A stretch of DNA of 64,000 nucleotides from Octopus sinensis (Eukaryota), in assembly GCF_006345805.1 (NCBI RefSeq), contig NC_043006.1, positions 72,230,001 to 72,294,000 of the forward strand. Reading direction: 5' to 3'. A program made the position numbers and the translations under genes. The notes below the pieces were generated by a model. The model was not told the DNA's origin. It saw only the letters and a list, made by a program, of their open reading frames with translations, and did no database searches. Positions 1 through 12,499 of the stretch are shown one piece after another (the first letter of the stretch is position 1; the number at the start of each line of letters is the position of its first letter).

Positions 1-340
1 TTAGATATCAAAGGAACTGGAAGAAAAAAGAACTTGAGAAGTAGCCAGAAAGACGAGAAATTGTGGAATATAAAAATGAAAATTATCCCTGTGGTAATTG
101 GTGCATTGGGCACAGATACCTAAACAGTTACCTCAGAGTTTGAAGGATATCGAAGGCACATATTAGTGATCTCCAGTAATGTGCCATTTGTATTCTACAA
201 AATAAATTTAAAAAAAGATTCTTGAAATTTGAGGGATGTACTGCCATCAAACCTCAAGATAAAACAACTGCTAACTAAATTACTATGTTGTGGCTTTTGT
301 ATCAATGATGATAACAATTCTTATAACAACAACGACAATA
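1..340 (+). mobile_element. 3' end of R4/Dong-like RLE non-LTR retrotransposon (decayed)
   Basis: Frame 1 reads KLWNIKMKIIPVVIGALGT and ends ...KILEI* near 231, the typical RLE C-terminus (compare the copies at 58.2k and 63.9k). A degenerate (AAT/AAC)n tail follows. Confidence 0.8.
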
Positions 341-349
341 ATAATGCTT

Positions 350-750
350 TCTACTATAGGCACAAGACCAGCAATTTTGGAAAGGGGATTAGTCGATTTC
401 ATCGACCCCAGTGCTCTACGGGTATTTATTCTATCAATCTGGAAAGGGTGAAAGGCAAAGTCGACCTTGGCAGAATTTGAAATCAGAACGTAAATATGGA
501 CGAAATCGATGCTAAACATTTTGTCTGGTATGCTAGATAGGTATGCTAGATAGGTATGCTACTATAGGTACAAGGGCTGAAATTTTCGGGATCGATATAC
601 CCCCAGAACTTCAGCCCTTGTACCTATAGTAGAAAAGATGAAAGGCAAAGTCCACCTCGGTGGAACTTGAACTCAGAAAGTAAAGGCGAATGAAATGACG
701 CTAAACATTTTGTTCGACGCGATAACGATTCTGCCAGCTCTCACCTCTCA
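350..750 (-). mobile_element. Two adjacent tRNA-derived SINE copies (family A) joined by an inverted duplication
   Basis: The motif gaaaggcaaagtcgacct..ggaatttgaactcagaacgt recurs about 20 times in the window; the reverse strand has a B-box-like GAGTTCAAATTCC. Confidence 0.85.
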
Positions 751-774
751 AATAATCAATATGCTACATGTCTT

Positions 775-778
<4 letters not shown>

Positions 779-831
<53 letters not shown>
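779..831. repeat. (TA)n microsatellite
   Basis: Direct read. Confidence 0.98.
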
Positions 832-834
<3 letters not shown>

Positions 835-1019
835 TAACACTTAAGTGTTTGAAGCTGTTTAATTCGCTCCAGCCTATAAGATTTACTTCCTAAAATCATT
901 TGAGATGAGCTGGGGTCGCTCTGTTTATTTTCTGTATTTGAAACTTCATTCTGCTATCTTCTCTGTCTCATAATGTTTTGATATTCATAAATTCTGATGA
1001 TTCGTCATGCACCGTAACA

Positions 1020-2697
1020 TAATTGTAGCCCGTTCTGCATCGAGCGCTCGGTCCCCTCTCCCACTTGCTGTATGTATTGGCTCTCGAGCCTTTACTGTGC
1101 AAATTGGACGGTATGAGAAGCGACCCACGAGTTCTGGGTTGCGGAAGATCAGTTACGGCGTATGCGGATGACATCACCATCATCGTATCGGAGGTCCAGG
1201 ACCTACAGTGGTAGGTGAGGACATTAAGGATTACGAGGCGGTGGCAGGAGCAAAAACTAACCGGAAGAAGTCGGTCGGCTTGCAGCTCGGCACCTAGAGA
1301 GGCAAGTCGATGTTGCCCAACAGCGTCGTCGGATATTGGACGAACGGTCCGGTTAAAATGCTAAAGGTTTGGTTCGGTCCAGACCTCCAGATAGAGAAGA
1401 ATTGGAGCGAGGTTACGAGCAGGGTGGAACTCCTAAGCCAGACCTTGTCTGGGTGGAAGCTATCCCTGAAAGGGAGGGCGGAGGTTGCAAATGTGTTTAT
1501 CGCATCTGTAATCACCTACTGCCTAACCGTCGTGCCTTGCTCTAATTCGTGGCTAAGCATGTTGGAAAGATTGCTCTTCCATTATTTGTGGAAGGGCAAA
1601 GGACCTCTTGAAAGGCGTTCTATCTGCTGCCAACAAACGCTAAAGGGTGGGCTAGATATGCCGTGGCTAATGATGTGCAGACATGCGCTGAGGCTAAGGC
1701 TTCTTTGGTTCTACCTTGATGGTAAGCGGGTGTGGTCGCCGTTAATCAAACTGGTACTTCTTCGGTTCACTACCTTCGGTGAACTGGAACCTTGGATTAA
1801 GCGTAGACTACAGTTGGGAGCGTGGCAAGCCGAGTGTCGTAAGGCACTCGTGTTTCTCTCCCGGTCGGGTAATGCCGGCGGTGAGGGTTCCACCTCGTCG
1901 TTCTATAGAGGGTTGGTAGAGGCCATGTGTGACGACGCTCTGGGGGTAACCCTGGGCTTCGATGATGGTCAACTTGCTGGCCTGTTCCGAAGAACATTTG
2001 GGCCAGGGCCTATGGATAACTTCCAAAAGTCCCTGGCTTGGCTGTGTTACCAAGGAGCCTTAATAGTTCGAGATGGGCTTACCAGGCTCGGCTCTTCACG
2101 CTCGCCCACTTGCCCAAGATGCGTGTAGAGCTGTGAAACTGTTCTGCATCCAATTGTGCAATGTTCGAAACTTTCGGAAATGTGGGTTTATGTAGAACAA
2201 CTGCTGTCACGTATTGGAAGAGTGCAACTGTCTTCCGAGCCTATAATGAAGGTTGTTCCACCTTCCTCTCTGAACAGGGAAGGGGAGGGTTTGTTTTCTC
2301 TCTGTAGTGGCTGTGGCCGGGGAGGTAGTGTGGAGGACACGCATGAAAGGTTTAGTGACAGGCGTTTTCATCTCCAGCTTCGGTTTTGTAAACTTTTTTA
2401 TTTTCCATCTTAAAATGAAAATAAGGCTGGAGAGGAGACGCTTGCCACTCAGTACAAGTGAGAAAAATGGAAGTAAGTGGCAAGCATGTTGAGAGTAAAT
2501 GTGCCTCTTAAAGGTCTCTTAAAGGGGTCAGTGCAGGAACGTAGTTTGTGGGGCCGCACCCGTCCCTCACTCCCTCATCATCACCCGATTTTACATATCA
2601 TCATAAATTTTAATCTTGTCATCTCATTCGATACCCCTAACCCCTTTGTCTATTCTCTCTTTGTCTCTACCTTTATGGCAAATAAAAAAAAAAACAA
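1020..2697 (+). mobile_element. 5'-truncated Tx1/L1-clade LINE (RT C-terminal half + zf-RVT), frameshifted
   Basis: Contains PLSHLLYVLALEPLL, AYADDITIIVS (about 1160), the ORF 1310-2128 LSLKGRAEVANVF...KGGLDMP and the CPRC..ETVLH..VQC zinc finger. A 3' UTR and poly-A follow at about 2683-2695. Confidence 0.9.
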
Positions 2698-3485
2698 TTA
2701 TTGTAGACCGGTCTTGACGGACTATTTTTTTTAATACAGTGATAGGAATATACATGAAAGTGATAAACTCCTCCAAATAACTGACTAATGTAGTGATTTG
2801 CTATCTCAGGCTCCAACAATTAACTCTAGATAACTTCTCACAATATGTGATTAAGCAGGAAAAACCCCCAGAAATAATTTGAAATAAATTAAAATTTAAG
2901 AACTCCAAGGTGTGTTGGTACCTCCTCATGTCCATATATGAAATATTGTTCTTCAGGAATTTTTGCAATGAATGTGAATAATAAGTGTTCTGCTAGCTCT
3001 CCGCCCTCAAATAATGTGCATTTAGAGCTATTGCACAGAATGTGTCAAATATGTTGTAAATGCGCAGCTTTAGCATAAATTAAACTCGCTGTTACTTGAA
3101 AATTTTTGGGAAATATACGTAACCTGTTTGTAAGAACATGTTTCCACAAGTAAAGATGTACATATTTCGGTAGTTTTGAATACAGATACATATACAGCAT
3201 TTATAAAATTAGACCGAGCATTTATTGCAAAAAATAATATAATTTAGAATAACTGGTGAATCATTAACTACAACATATTGTACATACTGAAAACAATCAA
3301 ACTTGTATAATATTTGGGGAGTGATGAATATGATTTACTTATTTCCCTGCTATTTCGGCATTTTTTTAATTTAAACTCTCACACTCTCATTTGCAACTTT
3401 CTTCGTGTACATATTTCAGTAACGCCACCGTTATTATTGACGGTTCGGTTACTCAAACAACAACAGCAACAATAGTAGTAGTGGC

Positions 3486-4013
3486 TCTCGTGGATTCTGT
3501 TCTTAACTGATTGGAAGTGTTATCATGTACATTGTTTTGTCTTGGTATAAAAGATGGGCTACAGCAAATGTTCTGCTCAATACCACAGATTTGCTCGTCA
3601 GTTGTTTGACCGTAACCAGTTGAGCATGTCCCTTAGTGGCTGACGATATGTGCATCTCTGATCATGAGCATAAGTAGTGGGGGAGCATCATAGCCATGTG
3701 TTGAGAGGGATTCTTTGGGGTTTGAATAATTCACCTCTGGAAACATGGGTGTTTCGTTCAACATCCTTAAAGAACCCTTATTCAGGGACCTTTTGAGCGG
3801 GATGGGCTACTCGACCAAAAGAAAATTCTAACTGGGCCCCACCTGCAAGGTCATGTGCTGTTTATCTTGATATGAGATCACCATGTCGCGTACATATGGC
3901 TGTGATGCATGTGCCTGGTGTACCCTTATCAGACGAGTAGTCATGATGGGTATACTGGGCTTCGTATATTTTACCCCAGTGTCACTTTGACGGCATGCAC
4001 TGCTCTCTCACTC

Positions 4014-4068
<55 letters not shown>

Positions 4069-4082
4069 TATAATAATAATAC
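3486..4082 (+). mobile_element. Unclassified ~530-bp non-coding element ending in (AAT)n
   Basis: Balanced-GC block with sharp edges in AT-rich DNA, running directly into an (AAT)n run at 4012-4082. I recall it as a high-copy octopus repeat (unverified). Confidence 0.55.
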
Positions 4083-4417
4083 AGAATTAGCGGAGATATG
4101 TGGATCTCACACGTTTTTTTTTGTTTTTCTTAAAGAAAGTAGGCGTTTGTGAACATTTAGAACATCTTGATTTTTTACCCAGATTGTTTACTCCACACCT
4201 CTAACATGGCCGATATTTTGGCATAGAATTTCCTGTTTTAAACTAAGATCCAATGACTCAACTGTTATTCTTTAAAATGTCAAAATTAAATGCTACTGAG
4301 CAGAAATATATAACTTTTCAAAAAATCTTATAAGTTGCTGACATTTCCATGGAACACTGTTGATAAGACATAATATCATAAAATATGATTATTTCTGAAT
4401 AGAGAAATGTAAGAAGA

Positions 4418-4758
4418 CACACACACACACACGCACACACACGCACGCACACACACGCACACACACACACATACGCACGCACACACACACACACACACAC
4501 ACACCACACACACACACACACACAACACACACACGCACGCACGCACGCGCACGCACAATGAAACAAACCTTTAAGACTGACACATATGGGCATCATTCAT
4601 TCACTTATGTAGACACATTTAATGCAACTAAAAGCGTTTGTAATAATTTCGTTCACTAAAACCATATGACACTTTATCACAAGGAGAGGTGTGCCAAAAT
4701 TTCACCAGATTATACTTGGGTTCATGTACCCAGTAATATTTTACCAGTCTACATTAAA

Positions 4759-4795
<37 letters not shown>

Positions 4796-4933
4796 TGTTA
4801 CAATGTATAATCAAAATATCACAGCACACAGCGTGATGTGTTTTAAAGAGAGAGTATGAATTATGGTGTACTATTAGTTTTTTTTTCTGTTGGATTATCT
4901 TTTATCATGTTTGTGTGTATAAATCTCCTTCCT

Positions 4934-4977
<44 letters not shown>

Positions 4978-5350
4978 TCCCGCCCATCTCTCTTTGTATA
5001 CATACATACATACACGCACATGCACACACACACACATATTTTATGTATGTATGTGTGTGCATGTGTAAGTATGTCTGTCTGTCTGTATGTATATACTTAC
5101 ACACACACACACATACACACACACACGAACACACACACACACATCACCAGAATATTGGGTGTTGTTACACACCATTCCTCAATACAGTTTACTCTATAAC
5201 ACGTGTATTAGAAAAGTTGTAAACAGCGAAAGCGCCCACATTGTACGAACACTTTTCCCCAAAATTTTGTGTCATGTTTTTTTAAGATTTTTTTCGTATG
5301 GTTTTAAATATAAAACTTTCAAGCACACACACACACACACACACACACAC
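4418..5350. repeat. Compound microsatellite cluster (CA)n/(CACG)n, (AAT)n, (TTTC)n, (TG)n
   Basis: Direct read; explains the CVCV/HTHT ORFs. Confidence 0.95.
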
Positions 5351-5604
5351 TGCTGTATTACGTGATTTCTGCGTATTTGTGCGTCATTGGTAGCAAGTAT
5401 TCACTGTCAATGTCATGCTCAAACAAATTTTGACTCCGCTGATGTATAGAAAAATAGCGATTAATCAGTCGCTGGTGTTGCAACTAGCCGGCGAGACGGG
5501 TCGAGTAAAAATCCGTTACGGAAGCAGTATTAGTACTGAATAGCAATTTGTATACCTTGTGTAACGTGGTTATACTAAAAGAAAGCCGCAACAACGCGGT
5601 ATTC

Positions 5605-5829
5605 TATTTCTTTACTACCCACCAGGGGCTAAACACAGAGGGGACAAACAAGGACAGACACATGGATTAAGTCGATTACATCGACCCCAGTGCGTAACTG
5701 GTACTTAATTTATCGACCCCGAAAGGATGAAAGGCAAAGTCGACCTGGGTGGAATTTGAACTCAGAACGTAGCGACAGACGAAATACGGCTACACATTTC
5801 ACCCGGCGTGCTAACGTTTCTGCCAGCTC
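5605..5829 (-). mobile_element. Family A SINE with a 20-bp target-site duplication
   Basis: gccgcaacaacgcggtattc occurs at 5585-5604 and 5830-5849. Confidence 0.92.
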
Positions 5830-6378
5830 GCCGCAACAACGCGGTATTCGTCTTGAGAAAGCATCTAAAGACGTGTAGTGCTAAAAATCATAGAACGATC
5901 AGCAGCAATCGAACTCTCAGCAGCTGTGGTGGAATTGTTGCATCACGTGGTTTCTGCGTACTTGGGCATACGGTCGATAGTGGATACTTTCTACTAATGA
6001 TGCAGAGATGCATGATTTAGCCATTCTAACGCGCATATGGAAGAAAGGGCTTTGATTGATAGAACAAATAAAGAACTGGTCGCTTGCTAGGAAACCGGTG
6101 AGAGTTACAAGAAGAATCTTGCAAGTATTTACTTACTGGTTAAGAAATTGGATTTCTAGTTGAGTAATAGTAAATATTTGATATTCCTTCTAGAGAATTC
6201 CAGCCTCCACAGTTATTACATACTTAGGAAAATAGCTAAATCCATTAATTATAGTATAAATACATATCGTAGGACAGGCATTGAATTTTATTGACATTGA
6301 TTTTTTGAAAACTGCAATACTGAATGTATTGTTTATGTTTTTGAGCTAAGTGCAGCCATATACTTCCATATGCTGCTG

Positions 6379-6758
6379 TTGTTGTTGCTGTTGAGCGAAC
6401 GGTCTTCGTCCCAAAGCTCGCAAGATGGGAGAAGTCCGAAACGTGGTCCTTTGCTATTCGTAAGACCCGCAGAAGAGAAAGCAGGTCAACCCCCGACACC
6501 GAGAGCATCGACGGATGGATGAATGCGCATCCAGGCTCAGCGGTTGCGTAGGTAGTCGGGGACAGGAAACAGGAAGAAAGAGTGAGAGAAAGTTGGGGCG
6601 AAATAGTACAATAGGGGTCGCCACCCCCCCCTGCCGGAGCCTCGTGGAGCTTTAGGTGTTTTCGCTCAATAAACACACACAACGCCCGGTCTGGGAATCG
6701 AAACCGCGATCCTCTGACCGTGAGTCCGCTGCCCTAACCACTGGGCCATTGCGTCTTC
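6379..6758 (-). mobile_element. Family C tRNA-headed SINE (tail type 2) with a 14-bp TSD
   Basis: A box TGGCCCAGTGG and B box GTTTCGATTCC on the minus strand; tccatatgctgctg at 6365-6378 and 6759-6772. Confidence 0.92.
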
Positions 6759-7059
6759 TCCATATGCTGCTGGAAGAAAGGGCTTTGGTTGATAGAACAA
6801 ATAAAAAAAAAACTGGTCGCTTGCTAGTACAGTAGGAAATTTGTATACGATAAAAAGTGAATATAACCAATTCTGCTTTTTATGCTACACGGTATGTCAA
6901 CGACTAATTAGTTTGCTTAATGTATGGGTTATATGACGAGTTCAACGAAAGAAAGGAATATTCAACGAAATATTAAAATTAACTATTTTTTCATCTTTAA
7001 GAAACTTTATCTTTATCCATGTAAAAAAAAAAAAGCTTCATTCACACTCTTTCAACGTC

Positions 7060-7430
7060 TCAAAACGTCTCTAAATGTTTCAAACATCACAGGCTGGAAG
7101 AAAAAGGTTCACTGACAGGTCCCCATACTTAAGGATTTTCTTCTGTTCGGCTACGGAAGCAGTGGCCCTCCCATTTATCGCAGCATCCAGGATGTGGGAG
7201 GGAGCAAAGGAGTTACAGACTGTGGCATCCCAGGAATAAATGCTTAGACCAGCTGGTCTCTTCCATCACTTCTGGATTATCTCGCTGGCTCCTGACCCGA
7301 ACAGGGCCCGTTTAATGATTAAGTTTAGCTCGGTGTGGCGAGCGAAACGACCAGTATTTTGAAATTTAATTTGGAGGGTCAGTAATAAACAAGCGAAAGA
7401 TGGGCACAATTCCATGCGTTGTCGAGATAA
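7060..7430 (-). mobile_element. CRE-like non-LTR retrotransposon, RLE-domain fragment
   Basis: Minus strand reads GRFARHTELNLIIKRAL, then WDATVCNSFAPSHILDAAINGRATASVAEQKKILKYGDL and PVMFETF, matching the CRE-type restriction-like endonuclease pattern. Confidence 0.7.
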
Positions 7431-7519
7431 ATAGCAATGTAAACAATCAAATCTGTAAACTAGCCACAAAGTTAAGAGATATAATCAAAATGTTTCAATT
7501 GTTAACTTTCTTTTATTCT

Positions 7520-7935
7520 TTTATTCTTTTACTTGTTTCAGTCATTTGACTGCGGCCATGATGGAGCACTGCCTTTAATGGAACAAATCGATCCCAGGAT
7601 TTATTCTTTGTAAGCTTAGTACTTATTCTATTGGTCTCGTTTACCGAACCGCTAAGTTACGGGGACGTAAACACATCAACATCGGTTGTCAAGAGATGGT
7701 GGAGGACAAACACGGACATACAAACATATTCATATATACTGAATGTGTGTGTGTGTGTGTATGTATTACGACGGGCTTCTTTCAGTTTCCGGTTTCCGTC
7801 AACCAAATCCACTCACAAGGCTTTGGTTGGTCCGAAACTGTAGTAGAACACACTTGCCTAAGGTCCACACAGTGGGACTGAACTCGGAACTATGTGATTG
7901 GGAAGCAAGCTTCTTACCACACAGCCATGCCTGCG
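7520..7935 (-). mobile_element. Family B SINE with internal microsatellite
   Basis: Reverse complement of ggctgtgtggtaagaagcttgc...aagaagcccgtcgta...(GT/TA)n...gtccccgtaacttagcggttcgg; same element as at 45.4k, 47.2k and 51.2k. Confidence 0.88.
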
Positions 7936-8192
7936 CCTGTTCAGTAATTTTTGTTTTCTGTATCTGAAAGCCATTTTGTCTTCCTTTGATTTTAATTTTC
8001 CAGCAATGGCCCTTTCTCTGATATTTACAGTATTCCTCTTTGATAGTTACAGATGAACAGTTTTTTTTTTAATGAATAAACCCGAGTTCAAAATCTTACT
8101 GAAGTCAACTCAGTAGTTTTCCAACTACGATACATTGGCGAAACTAATATATCTTTCTTCCTTACTGACTTTTCATGTCATATTCGTTCCAG

Positions 8193-8231
8193 TTGGACAC
8201 AGCTCTGACGTGCATGGTCACTGACTTCAGT
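8193..8231 (+). CDS. Candidate 39-nt exon (LDTALTCMVTDFS), possibly upstream part of the host gene
   Basis: Branch-like tactgac, a pyrimidine tract and ccag| precede it; donor |gtaagg. Only phase 0-0 is open. Confidence 0.3.
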
Positions 8232-8374
8232 GTAAGGCCTAGCGAAATCCAATAACTTATTCAGAATCTCACTCGATACAGACGGATAATAATCTACTAT
8301 ATCGAATCGGGTGAATCTAGCTCTACCCCTGCCGTTACTGGTTTTAAATTATGTTATGACCTTGTTGGTATTAC

Positions 8375-8610
8375 GCCATAGGGCAAGGCCTGAAGTCCTT
8401 CTTATGTAGCGGGATGGCTACTGCAGCGAATGTCGCTGGCCATTATTCGCAACAACGCCATCGCAGTATTGTCCGCGGGGCGCGGCTAAACACACCATTT
8501 GTTCTGAGGTGTAGCCCCTTCCTCCATCTTCTGCTGCTTAATCTTCCCCCCTTTTTCTTTCTTTTTCTTTGTAATTAAATAGTGATTCAATCTTTATGAA
8601 AATAAAATAT
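8375..8610 (+). mobile_element. Extreme 3' end of a CRE-like element
   Basis: GWLLQRMSLAIIRNNAIAVLSAGRG* (8412-8489) resembles the QRISxAIQRGNA terminal motif of CRE-type ORFs. Confidence 0.5.
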
Positions 8611-8884
8611 GTATCTATTACTTGTCACTGCAGCAATGCAACCTTTTGTATACAGACTGACAACTATGTAACCAAAAATGCTGGTATTTTACTAGCATTT
8701 CAAACAATGTTTTACTAAATGTCTGTGCTAACAAAGGCATTCAAACTTGTTATACTTTCATCTGTGCATTTCTTTAATATGGATGCATTTTGATTCGGCA
8801 CCAAAACTTCATAGGAAAGAAAATATTATTTTTTTTGTATATTTTTTGATATTTCTAGTAATCACTTCTAAAGTTATCTATTCT

Positions 8885-9110
8885 TTTATTCTTTTACTTG
8901 TTTCAGTCATTTGACTGCGGCCATGCTGGAGTACCTCCTCGAAGGGTTTTAGTCGAACAAATCGACTTCCAGGACATTTTTTTTTAAAGCTTAGTACTTA
9001 TTTTATCGGTCTGTTTTGCCGAACCGCTTTAGTTACAGGGTAGCCTGTAGCATACCAACACCGGTTGTCAAACGGTAATGAAGTGGAAGGGAAATCACAG
9101 ACACAAAGAC
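8885..9110 (-). mobile_element. Family B SINE, 3' part
   Basis: ttcagtcatttgactgcggccatgctggag...gccgaaccgct matches the copy at 7520. Confidence 0.8.
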
Positions 9111-9909
9111 AAGTTTTCTATAGAAATTTTCTGCAAATGTTTTATAGAAATTAGAACCAGTATTGAAAGTTACGACGTTTCGTATACGAACACGTCTACG
9201 TAAAAAATGCGATGGAAGACAGAAAATAGGTAATAGGTGTATATGCATATTTCAGGTGTTCTTGCTCCTTCTTCAGCACCATGCCTAACCCATTAATCAT
9301 CCTGGAACACATTGCTTAAATAGCTACCAAACGTAGAGGGGTAACACAATTGGCTATATCAGTTTTACATAATAAACATTTTCCTAGCAACTGGTCACAC
9401 TACTAACACATGGGGTTGGGGACACACAGTATTGATTTATAAGCCTTTAATTTAAATGGTAGAATAGTATGTTTGCATAACGAAATACGATGTCTCTGCC
9501 AGCATTTAATACATTTCTAGCAATGTTTCACATATTCAGCATCGGTATGACGCAATTGAGGATTTTAAAATCATAATGTGATAGCTAGAGACATATTTTT
9601 CTCGACTACTGAGAAATTTATAGAAGCCAAATCTTGGTTATCCTGGGATAACTCAATGAATGTATGAATTTATATAGTAATCGTTTGTCCATCGCCATAT
9701 AGTGGCAAGTAAATTCTGTTAAGCTCAATTTGCGATGTTGTTGCTAGCCCGTGAACAGTTTTTCAGTCAGTTCAAGCCACTTATGGTTATATCTTCATCT
9801 GTTATGTTTCCTTTTTAATTATTTGAATTCTTTCCTTAAAGAAGGAGCCGATCTTTTACAAAGAATCAAAACTCCATCGCGGGAATTTGGTTAACAGCAA
9901 CGGCTGCGG

Positions 9910-10380
9910 AGGCGCAATGACCCAGTGGTTAGGGCAGCGGACTCGCGGTCATAAGAACGCGGTTTCGATTCCCAGACCGGGCATTGTGAGTGTTTATTGA
10001 GCAAAAACACCTAAACTCCACGAGATTCCGGCGGGAGGAGGGGTGAACTCCGCTGTACTATTTCACCACAACTTTCTCTCACTTTTACTTCCTACTTCTG
10101 CCATAAAGCAGAGGAACCATGGTGTGACCCACTATGGCGTGGTAAACTTTCAGACCCTAGTCTAGATTGCGAATCCTCTGTACCGCCGGATGGTTCAGCT
10201 CTCCACCCATTAAAAGCCACCGTTTACGGAATGAGGATAACAACGTAGCCTTCGCGCCCGTGCAACCGCCAGTCTATCGCGTGTGGTGGGTGGATCTTCA
10301 AGTTGCCACACGCATTCTTAGTAGCTTAGAGTATTCTTTATGGCTAATGGCGTGAGTCTAGATTGTAAGAAGAAGAAGAC
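9910..10380 (+). mobile_element. Family C SINE with a different tail (type 3) ending in (AAG)n
   Basis: The head ggcgcaatgacccagtggttagggcagcggactc is shared with the 6.4k and 33k copies; the sequence diverges after about 10100. Confidence 0.75.
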
Positions 10381-10614
10381 AGCAACGGCGAAGGATTGAC
10401 AGTTAAATATAATTTTAGAAAGGTTTGTATGTCTGTCTGGATATATTAAATGGCGTGTATATGATGCTCCAGTGAACTGCAGGATATTCAGAGTATAGTG
10501 AATATTTGATAAAACATGTAGTAACTCTTATTGCCTTTGGTAAAAACTTGCCATTTATTATATAGACGAATGTTTCGAATAAAAGAAACAGTCGTCTATA
10601 ATAGAAAACGCGTG

Positions 10615-10890
10615 GCTTGGTGGCTAGGTGTGTTGCACCTATGATTTCACAATCGTGGTTTCAATTCCCAGACGACTAAGTGTTGTGTTCTTGAGCAAAA
10701 CATTTCATTTGAAGTTGTTCCAGCCCACTCAGCTGTAAACGGGTAATCATTAGCCTTCCGATCAGAGGGTATGTTGGCTTGCTCGCCTAGCCAGCAGGGT
10801 GGTATCATTCGAAAGCTAAAACGATGCAAAAGCGCATTGTGACCAGCGGATGTATAACAACATCCGATAGTCTGGTCGATCACGTGGTAT
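10615..10890 (+). mobile_element. Family D tRNA-headed SINE
   Basis: A/B-box-like head plus core cttgagcaaaacatttcatt..gttccagcccactcagctg, shared with the 17.0k and 62.9k copies. Confidence 0.75.
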
Positions 10891-11805
10891 GTGTGCGTGT
10901 GTGTGTGTGTTTGCTAAAAGTGAGTGAGGAATGAATATTCTGGTGCGTTACTGGAGTGTGTACGTGCATTAGGAGTATGTATATGAGGTGAGGATGTGTG
11001 GAAAGGGGAATATGAATGTAAGGTATAGGTGTTGGCTATGATGTGGGCAGTGTGTCTATTTTAGAGACAGAGGGAAAAGTCATCCGAAAGAAGGCGTGGT
11101 TGCAGTTCCTGAGGAATAACTTTTGAATGCTCCACCAATCAGATTTGACCTTATCCACCAACGCCAGTAATTCAATATATGGATCTCAGAATTATTTCAG
11201 TCTAATTTAATTTTTCCCACAGCATTAACTTCTCTTCTCATTAACAGAGCAAGTTGAGTAGGTGTTAGAACATCCCTTCCCAAACATCTGAAGGTATTTA
11301 AAGGGCTGCTAAATGTTACACGAAAAGTTCTTCAACAATAAACCTGTCAGTATAAAGATAGAATTACTCTGGTTCGAAGAACACAAAAACGGATCATGTA
11401 CCAGTGGTAGAGACAAGATAATACCCTAATTCTCATAAAATCGTTCAATGAATGAAAATAAATACATTTTTGATCAACTCACTGCAAATGTCGCTGCGTT
11501 GTTTGCATTGAGAAAAGTAACCCCCAGCAAATAACAGCAGTTCAAATGTCAACCTGCACTTTCCATTGTAATTCCACTCCAAATAAAAAAGAAAAGCCTT
11601 CCCCCTTTCACCTTACTTGCTCTCTCTCCCTGAACAGGGTTCTTTAACTTCCGCTCATATTTATTTCTAGGTCAACGTGAGATGCAGTCATGTGAAACTC
11701 ATGACCAATTAAGAGACATTTTCTCATTCTAATATTGAAGCAATTTATATTATTGTCGTTGGCAATAATATAAAAGTTTATTTCTATGAGCAAGATTTTC
11801 CCCAG

Positions 11806-11844
11806 CCGTCTACGTGCGAATTCCCTACTCCAATCAAAACTCAG
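11806..11844 (+). CDS. Candidate 39-nt exon (all three frames open)
   Basis: Flanked by attttccccag| and cag|gtaaga; frame unresolved. Confidence 0.25.
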
Positions 11845-12499
11845 GTAAGACTCACATTGGAGTATACTCGACATCTGGGAAGGTGCAACTACTACACGCT
11901 CATGGTAGACCATAAAAAAAAGCCACCATTCGACTGATTGACATGAAATCGGTCACAAAAGCGCTTCTATCTTTGTCTTCTCTCTCCGCTTTCTCTAATG
12001 ATACAGCTATGACCTCTGCGCCTCCAAATTAGCTGACATCTCCAATCAGCCCCCCCCCCGCCCCGAGTTGTTTCTCTTCTCATCACTTACATTGTATCCA
12101 TCCCCCATCACCAATGCACAAGTCATTACGTCCAGTCTTTGCTTCCAGTATTGTCGGATCGCCGGATTCCTAATCCTGAACGTGTTTTTCCTGCAGTCGT
12201 CAACCTGCAGCTGTTCAAGAGGAATATTTAACTTTGTCGATCTCACCCTCTTGGAGAGCTTGCAAAGGACATGGGTTCAGCGCCTTTCTCAGACGACTCC
12301 AATGGAAAAAATTACAAATACCCACACATATGCTAAATATATCAATTACTTTAACTCAAGATCTCAACCCTCAAGTAAAATACGAAATAATCAAATAAAA
12401 ATTTGTTTTTCTTAACGAATTTTGTATGTGGTTACTTATTTTAAATTTGTAACCGATGACATTCCTGTCTCCAGAGCACGACAAAGTGACTTGAAATCT

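Noticed and set aside
9910-9985. tRNA gene calls at SINE heads (also 6690-6758, 33000-33075, 62905-62975)
   Set aside because: A/B boxes are present, but there is no complete cloverleaf I could build and each continues into a SINE body.
12068-12415. 115-aa ORF with LLESLQRTWVQRL (CR1-like) or an exon
   Set aside because: Flanking CR1 motifs are absent and no consistent splice sites were found; unresolved.
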